A DNA stretch of 64,000 nt. Origin: Eledone cirrhosa (lineage: Eukaryota). The stretch spans positions 115,072,001 to 115,136,000 of the forward strand of contig OZ024740.1 in the NCBI GenBank assembly GCA_964016885.1, given 5' to 3'. The translations under genes were made by a program, and so were the position numbers. Of this stretch, positions 15,107 through 28,880 are shown piece by piece. Each line of letters starts with the position of its first letter. The stretch's first letter is position 1. The notes under the pieces are model-generated. The model made no database searches and had not been told where the DNA came from. It saw nothing but the letters and a program-made list of their open reading frames with translations.

Positions 15107-15300
15107 AACGAGTAGGACCCCGACGGCTGAACTCCGGCCATTTCGAAGGCTAATTCTGGGTCCAGAATTAGCCGTCGAAACGGCCTGAGCTCAGCCGTCG
15201 GGGTCCTACTCGTTCCTATTACCCACTCTACTACCCTAAGTATTGAGTACTTTGGTGCGTTATGGTCCACCTGGTTCCTTACCACATTTCTTTCGTTATT

Positions 15301-15332
<32 letters not shown>

Positions 15333-15548
15333 AGGTAAACAGAATTAACAAAACAAACGATACAGTATATGGAAGGTATATATTAATTTAACGCTTGATA
15401 TAGCAGCAAGAGGGTCTTAACATTTCGGACGCCAGTCCTTCATCAGAAGAAAGAATGAGAAATAAAATAGATTGAGGGGACGGGCGGGATGGAATTGGAA
15501 AAAATGTCTTTAGATAAAAATAAAAGGTCCATTCATGTTGACATCCCC

Positions 15549-15614
<66 letters not shown>

Positions 15615-15637
15615 TATGTGTGTGTATTCATGAGTGA

Positions 15638-15829
15638 ATAATATTTGTTTCTACTTTTGGCACAAGGCCAACAATTATTTCAGTACATTACTGGTACTTT
15701 ATTTTATCAACCCCGTAAGGATGAAAGGTAAAGTTAACCTCGGTGGGATTTGTACTAAGATCATAAAGGGCCTAACTCTTTGCTACAAAGCATGGCGTCC
15801 TACCCTCTACCGCTACTGCCAATCCCCCA
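15638..15829 (-). mobile_element. SINE S1 with TSD AGTGAATAATA
   Basis: Homologous to the other S1 copies; TSD at 15633-15643 and 15829-15839. Confidence 0.88.
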
Positions 15830-16370
15830 GTGAATAATAATATTATAATATTCGGTTCGTTTGCAAGCAAACCGCCTCAAGATAACATGTGTGATCTGTA
15901 GATGACTGACGTCATCCTTTTCTTCCAGCTGAAGCAAAGAGAAAATAGTCGACCATTGTTTCGGAGATATTGCCCCTTATCAAGACTATGTATTCTCTCA
16001 TCACTGCCATCCGCTGGTACTGCTAAGAATACACAGTGTTCTCAAAGGTATAAACTGATGGATTAGCCTAATGTGTATACCAAGCGATTTTTGCCGTGAA
16101 TGAATAACAATAATATTATGCGGGTAGCAGTGATGAGGAGTAGATAATCTTGATAAGGGGCAATAACTCCGAAACAATTGTCGACTATTTCTCTTTGCTA
16201 CTGCTGGAACAAAAGAATGATATCAGTCGTCTAGAAAACACACATAGTGTTATGACATTGTTTGCCTGCAAACGAACCGAATATTAAAAATAGTATTATA
16301 ATACTATTATTTTTCTCTCGCGAATACGTTTAGGTATCCACCATGTTAGAGCGAAAACAAATTTGGTTTA
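15830..16370. mobile_element. Foldback pLTR element with two U3-A8 hammerheads (15945-15989 -, 16144-16188 +)
   Basis: Arms 15835-16015 and 16118-16300; ATAGTC-TTGATAA-GGGGCAATATCTCC-GAAA-CAATGG-TC-GACTAT. Confidence 0.8.
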
Positions 16371-16375
16371 TATAT

Positions 16376-16423
<48 letters not shown>

Positions 16424-16496
16424 CTTATGGTAAATATTGATGCAATTCAATTCAAGCAGTCAACGTACTTTTTCCACATAGGAATGACGGAGTATA

Positions 16497-16859
16497 TTTA
16501 GAATAAGAAAATGCGAAGTAGTTTCAGATGTTAAAGTGTTTTATTGATAAGGCTGTGATACATATTTCAATGACGACATTGGCCACACGATTCCGTGTAC
16601 CCATTGCCATGACTTCACCAGACAGCTTCTAACATATTAAGGTTACGTCCCCTTGTAGGGAACGGGAGAAGGATTCAAAAAATACACTCTTTGTCCGTTC
16701 CCTTGTCGTTTCAATTTGGATTGCCTCGGGAACATAATCTTGTTGTCATGGAACTGGGTACACGGAATCGTGTAGCCACTGTAGTCATTGAAAAATGTAT
16801 CACAGCATTATCAATAAAGGACTTTACAATCTGAAACTACTTCGCCTATACTTATTCTA
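16497..16859. mobile_element. Foldback pLTR element with a degenerate hammerhead at 16552-16626 (-)
   Basis: Arms 16497-16612 and 16745-16859; GCTGT-CTGGTGA...GAAA-TATGTA-TC-ACAGC. Confidence 0.7.
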
Positions 16860-16875
16860 TATATACATATATATA

Positions 16876-17598
16876 CGAGGTGTGTCAGAAAAGTTCCAGG
16901 ACTGATGTCACAAAAGATTTATTTCAAACCCAAACTTCACACTAAGAGTCTACTCCTTCAAAGTAATCCTCCTGGAGTCTAATGCACTTTTCCATCCTTT
17001 TCTGCCACGCTTGCATGCACTCCTGGGAGGATACTTCCGGGATCCTCCGCAGTTCCGTTGTCACGCCCTTTTTGATGTCGTCAACGTCTTCAAAACGGGT
17101 CCCCCCCCCCGGGTCGTACTCGAAGATCCATGACTCATCACCGGTGATGACTGTCCCTAGCAAGTCTGGTTTGGTTTCAAGACGCTCGAGGATGTCCTGG
17201 CACACTTGCATGCGTCGACCCTTCTGGTCATCGTTCAGATGTTTTGGCACCATCTTCGCGCAGACTTTCCGCATGTCCAAATCTTCTGTGAGAATCTTCC
17301 AGACGCTGTCCCGATTCATGCCCAGCTCATCTGCCATCAGTCGAACAGTCAGCCGACGATCGCTACGCACCATCTGCCTGATGCGTTCAACGTTGACCTC
17401 AGTCCTGGTTGTTGAGGACCTTCCGCTCCTGGGGTCATCTTGCACCACACAAAAACACGTAAGCGTGACATCGTCTCATCTCCATGCACTTGCTGCAGCA
17501 ATCCCAGTGCTTCTGACGGAGTTTTTCCCAACCGTACCAGAAACTTCAAGTTTGTTCGTTGCTCTGTGCTCATTGATTGACGACCTGAAACGGAGGAC
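16876..17598 (-). mobile_element. Tc1/mariner transposon relic (internally deleted, one TIR)
   Basis: TA followed by TIR CGAGGTGTGTCAGAAAAGTTCC. The transposase has QRTNLKF, DDPRSGRS, MVPKHL, ITGDESWIFEYDP and the C-terminal EKCIRLQEDYFE; the rest of the catalytic domain is deleted. Confidence 0.92.
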
Positions 17599-17769
17599 AT
17601 GTATATAAAATTATGAAGAAAAGAGTTTGATCGCTGAAGTGAGCTAAGATTACACTTACATAATAACATATATTTAATAAATATTTGCTCTACGGTTCTT
17701 ATATATTTGATATATATTTATCCTTATCGAGTCCTCTTTGGATTTTAGTCTTCAAATTTATTATTATTA

Positions 17770-17842
<73 letters not shown>

Positions 17843-17843
<1 letters not shown>

Positions 17844-18373
17844 TAGCAAATGAGCCCCGTCCATTGGACGGTTTCAGTTCTTGGTAGGGCTGCAATGTTA
17901 ATGGTCAATTTCCGTGTTGTATGTTTAACTTGAAGGATAATTTTACCTGATCAACTCTTTCAATAAAAAAAAATGAGACGGTATTCAAAAAGAGCAAGTT
18001 TTATTTACAGATATGTGTCATTAAAATGTGAACATAGAGAAATGTATCGTTAGCCGTGTCGGTTGAACAATGTGTATTTTAAAACATCCATCATGTACAC
18101 ACACACACAAACAAATACACACACAAGCATACACACACATACACACAAACACACACACATACACACACACAAATACGCACACAATCCCAAGACGTGACGT
18201 TGTGGAAGGGGGAGAGTTAAGAAGTGTAATAAATAAGTTAAAATTATAAACGCTGTATTTATCATATACGCGTCACACACACTCCTCTCTTTCTTTATTT
18301 TACTTTCTCTCTCTCACTCCTCTCTTTCTATCTCCCTCTCACACATCCTTCTCTCTCTGGCCGTTATGGAAAT

Positions 18374-18449
<76 letters not shown>

Positions 18450-18792
18450 CATGCACACATACACACACAAACACATACACACACATATAGACACGCACAT
18501 ACACATACAATCCCATAACGTCGTGTTGTGGAAGGGGGAGAGTTAAGAAGTGTGTAAAAGGAACGCTCTCTCTCTCTCTTTATGACCGTCATGGAATTTG
18601 TTAGTGCAAAAGTCTATAAGATTATAAAATCGAAGTTTGTGACTTCGAAATTAATCATTATGAAATAATTTTTTCTTGATGTTACAAACGGTAGCCTATT
18701 TTGGCTATGTGTTTAATTTGACAGAGATCGATGGAATATTTTCCAAGTGAAACTCTTTTACACACACACACAGAACGGGAATTATATATATA
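17843..18792 (-). mobile_element. Non-autonomous Helitron-like element
   Basis: The minus-strand 3' end has a CCGTCCAATGGACGG hairpin then CTAG; the 5' end is TATATATAATTCCCGTTCTGTGTGTG. Confidence 0.7.
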
Positions 18793-18795
18793 AAT

Positions 18796-19416
18796 TTTTC
18801 GCTCTACATGGCTGAATACAATAAATGTAATCTGAGTTTTCCGAATATTTATAATAATATTCGATTCGTTTGCAATTAAACAAGCCTCATTTTTAAAGCC
18901 ATGTCAGTAGAATGAACCCCTCATTCTTGCTCTTATGTTGGCATGTAAACAGTACTGCAAACACTAATGTGTCTGGGCATCACCCTTCATCAGTACAGCT
19001 CACTGTTCACCTGCGAAATGTCAGAGCTAGTAAAAATATATGCTATTTTCTAAAATATACAGTGACTGATCGGCCTGATTTGCATATTAGCAGACTGGCT
19101 GATCACTCAGATCTGCATATTAGAAGATCCACTGATCAGCCAGATTTGCATATCAGCAGGCTGGCTAATCAGTTTCCTGAATACGAGCGATAAATGGCCG
19201 GCTTTGCCACATTCAAATAAAAAAGAATTTTCGCTCTACATGGCTGAATACAATAACTGTAATCTGAATTTTCCGAATATTAATATTAATATTCGATTCG
19301 TTTGCAATTATACAAACAAGCCTCATTTTAAAGCCATGTCAGTAGAATGAGACCCGATTAGTCACTGTATATTTTCGAATATTATTATTAATATTCGGAA
19401 AACTCAGATTACATTT
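18796..19416 (-). mobile_element. Tandem (~430 bp) plus inverted pLTR-like element (same family 52280-52625)
   Basis: 18796-18915 recurs at 19228-19350; inverted end 19375-19416; degenerate hammerhead CTGTA-CTGATGA-AGGG...CCC at ~18955-18998; octamer repeats. Confidence 0.75.
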
Positions 19417-19583
19417 ATATATATAGAAATATATTGTTATACTTGGGGAGGGTCATATTGTTGTAATAATATTGCCAGAAATAATAACAGAAGCTATGTG
19501 TGCGGTGTAAATCATTCTAGCACAGCAAACCTCGTTTTAGATAACAATTATTGATAGATTTTCACTATTTTGTGTGTATATAC

Positions 19584-19740
<157 letters not shown>

Positions 19741-19963
19741 GCGCATCTCATATTAATTAGAGCTAATTTCAAATCTTCCATTCGTAAGTGTGCTGTATGA
19801 TCTGTTCCACTTGTAGGAAAGCAACGGGTTATTTCTTCATTCTGCGTCACTGATATCACTCAATTGGACCAATTATTTCGTATATATTTAAGCCCCCGAG
19901 GACGTACAATATGTACACTCATATAGGCATACAAGTTAACCATACTAAAAGTAAAATGACTAC

Positions 19964-20020
<57 letters not shown>

Positions 20021-20109
20021 TGTCTCTGTGTATGTATGTGTGTGTGTATGTATGTGTGTGTGTGTGTGTGCGAAATATAGTTATGTGTGTGTATTCGAAA
20101 TTTAGTTAT

Positions 20110-20337
20110 GACATATTTAATTTTACATATTTGTTTTATTGCATTATATATATTTCAATGACATGGTTATGCAACGGTTAATCATTGACTGTCTCCATGT
20201 GATATCATCAGTTGCTCATACAATTATGACCATCTGATGATGTCACATGGAGACTGTCAATGATATAACCATTGCATAAATATGTTATTGAAACATATAT
20301 TATGCAATAAAACAATTATGTAAAATTAACTCTGTCT
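20110..20337. mobile_element. Foldback with paired hammerheads (20141-20215 -, 20230-20305 +)
   Basis: Each inverted arm has CTGATGA...GAAA-(C/T)ATATA-T(A/T)-ATGC. Confidence 0.72.
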
Positions 20338-21039
20338 TAAGGATATTTCGTAAATGGAAACTCCATTACGCTTAATCACCAACATTTCGCTGGGGATACA
20401 CCACTGTCATGGAGCACTCTTGGATTGCTTAAACTGCTTTATTCTCAGAGAGTTACAACGGGACCTACAGGATAAGCACCCTAATTATCTGCACCATATA
20501 TACACACACACACATATATATATATATACTAAACATTGTGTAGTAATATCGGTACCTTCTTCAGTAAACCACAAATCTATTGAATCATCTGGTATATATG
20601 TATATATAATAGTGATTTCCAGAGGTTCACTGATTCATACGCTAATTTGAATTTATATTTTAAAGACTTAGCTTTTTTGAAAGTATTATATAATAGACAT
20701 CACACCTCCGGGCCTGTTTTCTTTTTTCTCCCTTCTTACCTTTTCTACGCCTCAGTGTCATTCTTTGTCTTCACGTTGGTCAAAAATCCTTATTCACTTC
20801 TATTGTACTATTTGTCTCCTTTCTATATTTTACTCTTTTGGCTAAACCCTTGCGCACTCTATATTTGTGTAATTTGCTTAAGGGCATAACTTGTCTCTCC
20901 CTATTTTGTTGTGTCCCATTACGCACCTAAATGAACGGTATCGACTTTGATATAACGACACCGTAGGTATTTTCAGAGGTTAGCTGAAAAATGGAACAGT
21001 CTTTCAGTTTTTTTTCCATTGTGTATTTTCAATATATAA

Positions 21040-21134
<95 letters not shown>

Positions 21135-21138
<4 letters not shown>

Positions 21139-21938
21139 ACTTCGGTCCAGTTTACATACGGGTCACTTTTACGACCTTTCAGACCTGTATTAGCTGGCAG
21201 GAGGTCATATATTTTGTCGTTACTGGGTCTTTATAGCCCTAGGAAAGGAAAATGCTTCTCTGATGAGCTTTGGTTTTCCATCATAAATCCATCGGATTTA
21301 TGAGGTTTTACAAAGCGAAATTGATCAGTAAGGGCCATTAGAAGAGGTAAATATTTATATTATATTTTTTTATGTATTTTTAAAAAATTGATTGAATTTT
21401 ACTTGTTCCGCTTATCTTAATATTATAGTTCTGTTATATCAAATTAATACCATTGAACAACCTTGAATCATAGACAACCTATGTATTTCTAGGGGTACCT
21501 AGTATCCTTGGACATATTAACTTCATTCATTATACTCCGTTATGTAGAGAACAAATCTGCTGTTCTATTTAGCTGCTATTTTTTTAGTAGTAATTATAGA
21601 CAGCAAGTCTACGGTTTTCCCGCTTTTACTTCAGTCCAGTTTACATACGGGTCACTTTTACGACCTTTCAGACCTGTATTAGCTGGCAGTAGGTCATATA
21701 TTTTGTCGTTCCTGGGTCTTTATAGCCCTAGGAAAGGAAAATGCTTCTCTGATGAGCTTTGGTTTTCCATCATAAATCCATCGGATTTATGAGGTTTTAC
21801 AAAGCGAAACTGATCAGTAAGGGCCATTAGAAGAGGTAAATATTTATATTATATTTTTTTATGTATTTTTAAAAAATTGATTGAATTTTACTTGTTCTGC
21901 TTATCTTAATATTATAGTTCTGGTATATCAAATTAATA
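21135..21938 (+). mobile_element. Tandem retrozyme-like repeat, 489-bp period, hammerheads at 21255-21335 and 21744-21823
   Basis: CT-CTGATGA-GCTTTG...CAAAGC-GAAA-CTGATCAG-TA-AG, with an extra TCATAAATCC/GGATTTATGA hairpin in loop II; the copies are nearly identical. Confidence 0.88.
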
Positions 21939-22052
21939 CGTATTATTGCATATGAATCTTAACTTCACTTTTTCATTATTGAGAGATTTTTTGTTCAATT
22001 TATGTGTGTGTGGGGGGGGGGTTGCAGTCGCGATCTTACCTATCTCTCTCTT

Positions 22053-22086
<34 letters not shown>

Positions 22087-22167
22087 ACGGCTTGAGCTCT
22101 ACTGTCGGGGTCAAACATTTTCATATATATATATATATACTATTCCTACTACTACAACTACTACTAT

Positions 22168-22221
<54 letters not shown>

Positions 22222-22229
<8 letters not shown>

Positions 22230-23063
22230 AAACTCTGATTGCTTGCTTGCGTATTTGTCTGTAATGTAATACAGCCAAACGGGTACATAATGGGAAAATA
22301 CTTTGAAAGAAATACCCTGAAATGGGAATACAAGTGGAATAAAACAGGTTTCGCGTAAATCGATGCACGGGTTCCCGAGATATGGGGTTTTTCCGGGTAC
22401 CTTCATAAACAGCGAGAGAGAAAGAGATAGTAGTTCTAAGAGAGTAGATTGAAAGAGAGACATAGAGAGAGGGAGAGGAGACAGAGAAGGGGAATGGAAG
22501 AGAGAGAGAGCTGATGGTGTTGTTGTCTATATGTATATATATGTCAGTGTGTGTGTATATATATATATATATATGTGTGTGTGTATATGTGCGTGTGTCT
22601 ATGACCAGTGTATATAGATCACAGATACCCACATATATATATATACACACACACAGATACATATATATATATATATACACACACATTTATATATATATAC
22701 ATACACACACGTATATATATATGGGCCTTCCAGTTTCATCTTACCTTATATACGTCTGTGTATATTCTAATTATTTTAAAATTATTTTTAAGTGAACATG
22801 ATTTAAAAAAAATATTTTGAAGTGAACATGACCCAATGGATCACGGGTAGTCTAGTATACTGCCAAAACTTTGTGATTGCTTGCTTGCTTGTCTGTAATG
22901 TAATACAACCGAAAGGGCGCAAAATGGGGAAATACTTTGAAAGGAAGTTGACCTGAAATGAGATACAAATGGAATAAAACAAGTTTTGCGTAAATCGGAG
23001 CATGAGCTCCCGAGATATGGGGGTTTTCCAGCTACCTTCATAAACAGAGAGAGAGAGAAGGAT

Positions 23064-23106
<43 letters not shown>

Positions 23107-23206
23107 TAGTGGTTCTGAGAGAGTAGATTGAAAGAGAGACGTAGAGGGTGGTAGGGAGAGGAGACAGAGGAGGAGAATGGAAGAGAGAGAGAGCTGGTGG
23201 TGTTGT

Positions 23207-23257
<51 letters not shown>

Positions 23258-23546
23258 GTATATATATGTGTGTGTGTGTCTATGACCAGTGTATATAGAT
23301 CACAGACACACACATGCATATATATATTTATATATATATATATATTTATTAAAATAACAGATTAAAGTTTAAGCAAAGAATCGCTGCTTTCACCCTTAAC
23401 GGGATCTTAAGGGTGAAAGCAGCGATTCTTTGCTTAAACTTTAATCTGTTACTTTAATAAATATTTGCTCTCGGTTCTTATATATTTGATATATATTTAT
23501 CCTTATCGAGCCCTCTTTGGATTTTAGTCTTCAAATTTATTATTAT

Positions 23547-23619
<73 letters not shown>

Positions 23620-23760
23620 CACACACGTATATATATATGGGTCTTCCAGTTTCATTTTACATTATATACATGCCTGTGTATATTTTAATTATTTAAAAAT
23701 TATTTCTAAGTGAAATATATTTTGAAGCGAACGTGACCCAACGGGTCATGAGTAGTCTAG
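22222..23760 (+). mobile_element. Two head-to-tail Helitron-like elements (22222-22855, 22856-23760)
   Basis: Shared body; each ends with a C(A/G)TGACCCA..GG(A/G)TCA(C/T)G hairpin followed by GTAGTCTAG. Confidence 0.75.
23346..23549 (+). mobile_element. Foldback-plus-tail pLTR fragment (family also 17670-17770, 46403-46470)
   Basis: Inverted arms centred on ~23403; copy 46403 shows CAGAAGA-TCCCGTTAAGGGT-GAAA, a hammerhead-like remnant. Confidence 0.75.
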
Positions 23761-23782
23761 TATATTATATATATATAATATA

Positions 23783-23889
23783 CTGTGGTGACAGTCAAGT
23801 TTGCAATTTTCAACAGTTGAAAATTGCAAACTTGACTGTCACCACACAATATGACCTGAAGATTGCGAAAGCATGAAAGTACTTGTTCA
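23783..23889 (+). mobile_element. Short palindrome plus hammerhead (23852-23889)
   Basis: TGTGGTGACAGTCAAGTTTGCAATTTTCAAC / GTTGAAAATTGCAAACTTGACTGTCACCACA, then CTGAAGA-TTGCGAAAGCAT-GAAA-GTAC-TT. Confidence 0.7.
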
Positions 23890-24330
23890 ATTAACACTTA
23901 ACATTTAATATTCTACCATACTATTTCATTCTAATGTCATTATAGATTTTAAAGGATTGTAAATAAAACGAGTAAATCAGGCAAATTTGGAATTCCTTTT
24001 GACAACAGCTGGTGATATGCATGTAAGTAAATATTCTCCTTATTTGATATTTTGTAACTAACCTTACATAGATCGATAGGGAGGTATAGTTACGATGTAT
24101 TATCATCACCTAGAAACGATCCTAAAGCAGTGAAGTATATTTCTAATGACTTGATTTTTTTATTTCATTGTTTTAACATATATCATGACTCTCTTTTCCT
24201 TTTAATGTTTTATTGTTTTCCGGGATTTATTTTAACCTACAACATTTTCAACATACGGATTACATTGAGTTCTTCATGCAGACTAGACCCCACAACTTAC
24301 CTGGGATATTTCTGTGTATATATATATATA

Positions 24331-24857
24331 TAGTATAACTGAACAAAAAAGAAAAACGAACACAGACATATATACATATAAGTGTTCAAATCTTAATGGA
24401 CCAGAATGGCTAAGGTGAAAAAAATACTAACTACAGACAATAGGGTTTGCAAGACTCAATTTAAGAATAAATCAAGAAAAATAAATACAAACTATAATTG
24501 TGGTAACAATCGAACAGTTTTGATAAAAACTCATCAGCGGGTACCCCTTTTCACAACTAATATCGCGAAACATTTTTATCAAAACTGCCCTGGTGTTCGG
24601 TTGTTACCACAATTATGGTTTGTATTTATTTTTATTTATTTATTCTTAAATTGAGTCTGGCAAACCCTATTGTCTGTAGTTTGTATTTTTTTTACCTTAG
24701 CCATTCTGGTCCATTACAATTTGAACACATATATGTATATGTCTGTGTTCGATTTTCTATTTTGTTCAGTTATACTATACGGCTCGGAAAAACCACTTTC
24801 TTAGAGCTAATTTGCTGTAATGAGACTATTTTGAGATTCTAACTCCATACATGCCTT

Positions 24858-24860
<3 letters not shown>
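24331..24860. mobile_element. Foldback-plus-tail pLTR-like element
   Basis: ~200-bp inverted arms (24331-24530 and 24573-24778); CTGATGAGTTTT on minus at ~24530; flanked by (TA)n. Confidence 0.72.
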
Positions 24861-24944
<84 letters not shown>

Positions 24945-24949
<5 letters not shown>

Positions 24950-27130
24950 GTGGAACACTGGAAGGTAACATCCGTAGTGGTAGAGCACTCAGTCCATGGG
25001 ACGAGTTAGGTAGAAGTGGTTACACAACAGTTAGTTCACCATACCGAGAACAATTGTTTCACCTTGCGGATCCTCAGCTCGGAATAGGAATGGTTATAGG
25101 AACAGGAAGGACAACCGTACGAACGCGCATGCGCAGAATCCCGGTCACTTCACACAGGCAATACTAGACTGCGTGCGAGAGGTGTAAGGGAAATAACTGC
25201 GAAAGTCCGAAAAGTTTTTAGGTTGAAAATAAAATTACAAAGAATCAGTCCGGAGCCTTGTAGTTATGCAATAGGTGTTTGCCGAGGTGTGGACAACGTG
25301 TGAAAAATTCATTTCTCAGTGTTTAGGCAATCACTATTGCGTAATCTCTTTAGAATAGTTATTCGTTCGTCAATACATAAGCCACACGTCGGATTTCCCC
25401 TTGCGTATGGCTTGGACTTAATGATGGCTTTCCATTGAATGGAGTAGTCTATACTTGAGTCCTTGAGGGACCATACGTGGCTCGCGAGTTTCCGGGTACC
25501 TGAAGGTAGACTGGTGGTTCAGGAAACGTTCCTTGAAGGGGGAAAGCTTCAGGCTTACGGCAAGAGCACCGTAGGGCTGCTGGTGATGTGAGCCTTCATG
25601 CTCTTAGCGCAGGAGTATCCTAGTTTAACTTTGTGTCGGTTAAAGATGGAGAGGTATTTATGACCTATGGGAAAGTGTCTATCTAAGAGGGCTAGAAATT
25701 TCTTTCCTAAATTGGTTTTAACGTTGAGTGAGAAGGGAGGAAAGAACCAGATAGTTTGTCTATTGTTGCGTTTACTTATCTTAATGGTGTTGTTGCTAGT
25801 GGGAGAGTAAGTGATAGGTTGTGAGAAGCCGCTGTTAGCCAACGCCGTGTTATAGTAGGGTGCCACCCTGTCAAAGATAGCCTTATTAGAGGAGAGGTTT
25901 GAGATTCTAGTACTGATATTCTTAACGAAGTTTCTAAAAACAGCGGGAGGGTGGCATGAGTCCTTGTGAATGTAATTGAATGTAATTGAATGTTTCTCGT
26001 TTAGCTTATGGAAGGGTTAGTGAGTGTGTGTGCGAAGGTCTAAATTAATGTGTAAGAAATCTACGCTAGAGAGGTTGGTGGCTACTCTTATCCTAAGTTC
26101 TAACTCATTGAAGGTAGAAGCTAAGTCTTTTTTAAACCGGTCGAGGTCGTGACCACTTTTATGGATCGATAAAGTCAGTCCATCGTCGCGGTATGTTCCC
26201 ATGTGGAAGTCCGTGAATCTAACACGTAATATGTGTAAGATAAAATAAATAGGCCAACCAAGTTCACATACGTCAGCACTGTCAAACGATCCCATGGAGA
26301 CGTCGAATAGGTCTGAAGTTGTAGACTTCTTTGCCCAGGCTACTCCGTCGTTGAAGATGAGGGTTTTCCGGCAGTGAGCGATGATTTCGCTGTCTAAACC
26401 ATCGACGGTGGTATAAGTGGTAGCGAAGTCCAACGCTTTGTTTAACAGGCTCTCTGAGATCGAAGAGTAAAAATCGACAATGTCAAACTGTGTGAACTTC
26501 CCTTTTTTGGATTTTAAGGAGTGGCTGTTCTCCCACTGGGGCAGGTTGGACTTGGTCCTAATGGTCTTAACTATGTTTCTAAGTATGGCCTTACTGACTA
26601 GTTCCATATCTGTGCGTGCCGGGTTTATTAGTCTACATGTGGGGTTAGAAGTAAAGTCTACCTTGTGATCTTTCAGGGTGAGGAACGTCTCCCGCTTAGC
26701 TAGAGATTGTAGCTTCTTATTTACCTTAAGGTCGGCGGCAAGTCCTTGGCTTCTGTATTAATGTCGTGGTAGGCCATAGGGTTAGCTTTCTTATATTTAG
26801 AAGTAATAGCGTTATGGGCCAGGTGCGGAAAGTGGTGTTGTCGACTTCGTAAATATTATTAGTTTTGTCGGAAAGAACGAAGGTGTTATTAGAAGACCTA
26901 AATTTCTTAATATCATTTCTTAGTTTCGTTTGAAAGGTGTTAGTGTAATTGCGAAAGGAAATGTTAGCGACTAAGTCAAGAAGGTCCGTCTCGAAAGGAG
27001 CAAGTTCAGTTACTTTAGGAGGATAGGCTCTCGCTTTCAGGTTGAAGGTGTTGTTGGTGCCTGTAAGTTTGCCGTCAAAAGCTAGGGCTCGCCATCTTAA
27101 GCGTCTGACGATATCTTCCGCTTTTTGTAG
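24945..27130 (-). mobile_element. Penelope-like element (Naiad-like), frameshifted RT plus GIY-YIG with 3' pLTR
   Basis: RRLRWRA, SDKTNNIY, LKDHK...CRLINP, FDIVDFY, DVSMGSFDSADVCEL, YRDDGL, IWFFPPFS, FKERFLNH, CGLCIDE; hammerhead near the 3' end. Confidence 0.92.
25044..25082 (-). ncRNA. Intact minimal type-I hammerhead
   Basis: CCGAG-CTGAGGA-TCCGCAAGGT-GAAA-CAATTG-TT-CTCGG. Confidence 0.88.
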
Positions 27131-27383
27131 AATTACACACATACACACGCACACATATTATATATATATATATTAACGGAGCTCCTTATAACAGTCTTTC
27201 CTCTCTCTCTGTTTGGTTGAGCACACTTCTCTGAGTGGTTTTGCGCTGCCCTTTCTAGCAGCTCGCCCCTCAGAGGCCACTGGTTCACTGCCCTTAAACA
27301 CGCTGTGACTTTTCTCTCCCACGTGTAGCTGGACGGTCGCTTTAAAAGTGCTCTTAGTGTTGTCTGAAATGTATAGCCTTACA

Positions 27384-27445
27384 CACGCTGATGAACCGGG
27401 GTTATTTCATTTCCGTCAATAACTTACTGGCGAAACAGATCACTT
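27384..27445 (+). ncRNA. Degenerate hammerhead in a pLTR-like fragment
   Basis: CTGATGA-ACCGG...CTGGC-GAAA-CAGA-TC; stem I is poor. Confidence 0.5.
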
Positions 27446-27617
27446 TGGATTTGTACGTGTGTTATATAATTATAGATGTATTTAATTACGCTTTAATTTA
27501 TATATTTAATTATCGTGTCTATACTCTGCCTTTCATATGTTATAGATTCCATATACTGGTGGTTTTTCCCTGTGTTATTGATAGCGCACTGTATTTCTCT
27601 CTAGTGTGTTACCTTTT

Positions 27618-27692
<75 letters not shown>

Positions 27693-27985
27693 GTGCGTGT
27701 GTATGTGTGTAATTAGAAGCCACATGACTTGCTTCTCCTGTAAAACAAAAATACCAAATGCATTATCACAGTATTACTTCCTTTATATGTGACGGGATTT
27801 CATATATGAAATAATGGTTAGCCATTGTGGTTTAGCCTGTAGACAAATTGAAGTTTGAAAGGTAAGATAGCATGCATTTGTGTTAAGATTTTGTTCATAA
27901 AATATATAGTGGCTATGTTCGTTACACGGACCGCTTTTTTCCTTGATCTATACTTAGGAAACACTTGGCACTACATATATGTATG

Positions 27986-28157
<172 letters not shown>

Positions 28158-28801
28158 CGTGTGTATGTGTGCGTGCAAAAAGGAAACGGAAAATAACACA
28201 CTCTCTCACTGCAGTAGGAAGGAGTCCCGCGAGGTGGGGTGGCTGTTGCAGCAGGTGTCGCTGGCCACGCGCGGTGCAGCCCAATTTCCGCCGCACCCTA
28301 AACCCAGAGCCCAATTGACCTAAACCCTCCCATCCCCAATCTCCTGTGAAATTAGCCCTTGCATTTCCCTCCCATTTGAAATAATAGTTTAACGCTTAAT
28401 ATATTGTAAGAAAAGAATATTGACGTCATCAGAAACAATGAGTGAGAAGACAAAACGATTGTTTTTTTTTGTTTTTGTATTTTAAAAAAAAACCCACAAC
28501 TGTTAAACATACTAGAATGAGACAGTTATTGCTTCACAATCGCAGACCTGTGAAACTCACGTTGCAAGAAATATGATTAAGTTTGAAAAGGTAATATATT
28601 GTTTATTATGTATTAAACAGCTTCTTCCTTGTTCGTTGATCAGTCTCACTCTCTAGCTTTCTTTCTATTACATCTTCTATTTCTCAATCTATCTTCTGAT
28701 GACGGTGTCCGCAACTTTAAGACTCTTTTACTATTGTTTAAAGCGTTCAATTAATAATTTCTCTATTGTACTGTGTCGTTTGCTTTGTTATTTCCGTTTA
28801 C

Positions 28802-28880
<79 letters not shown>

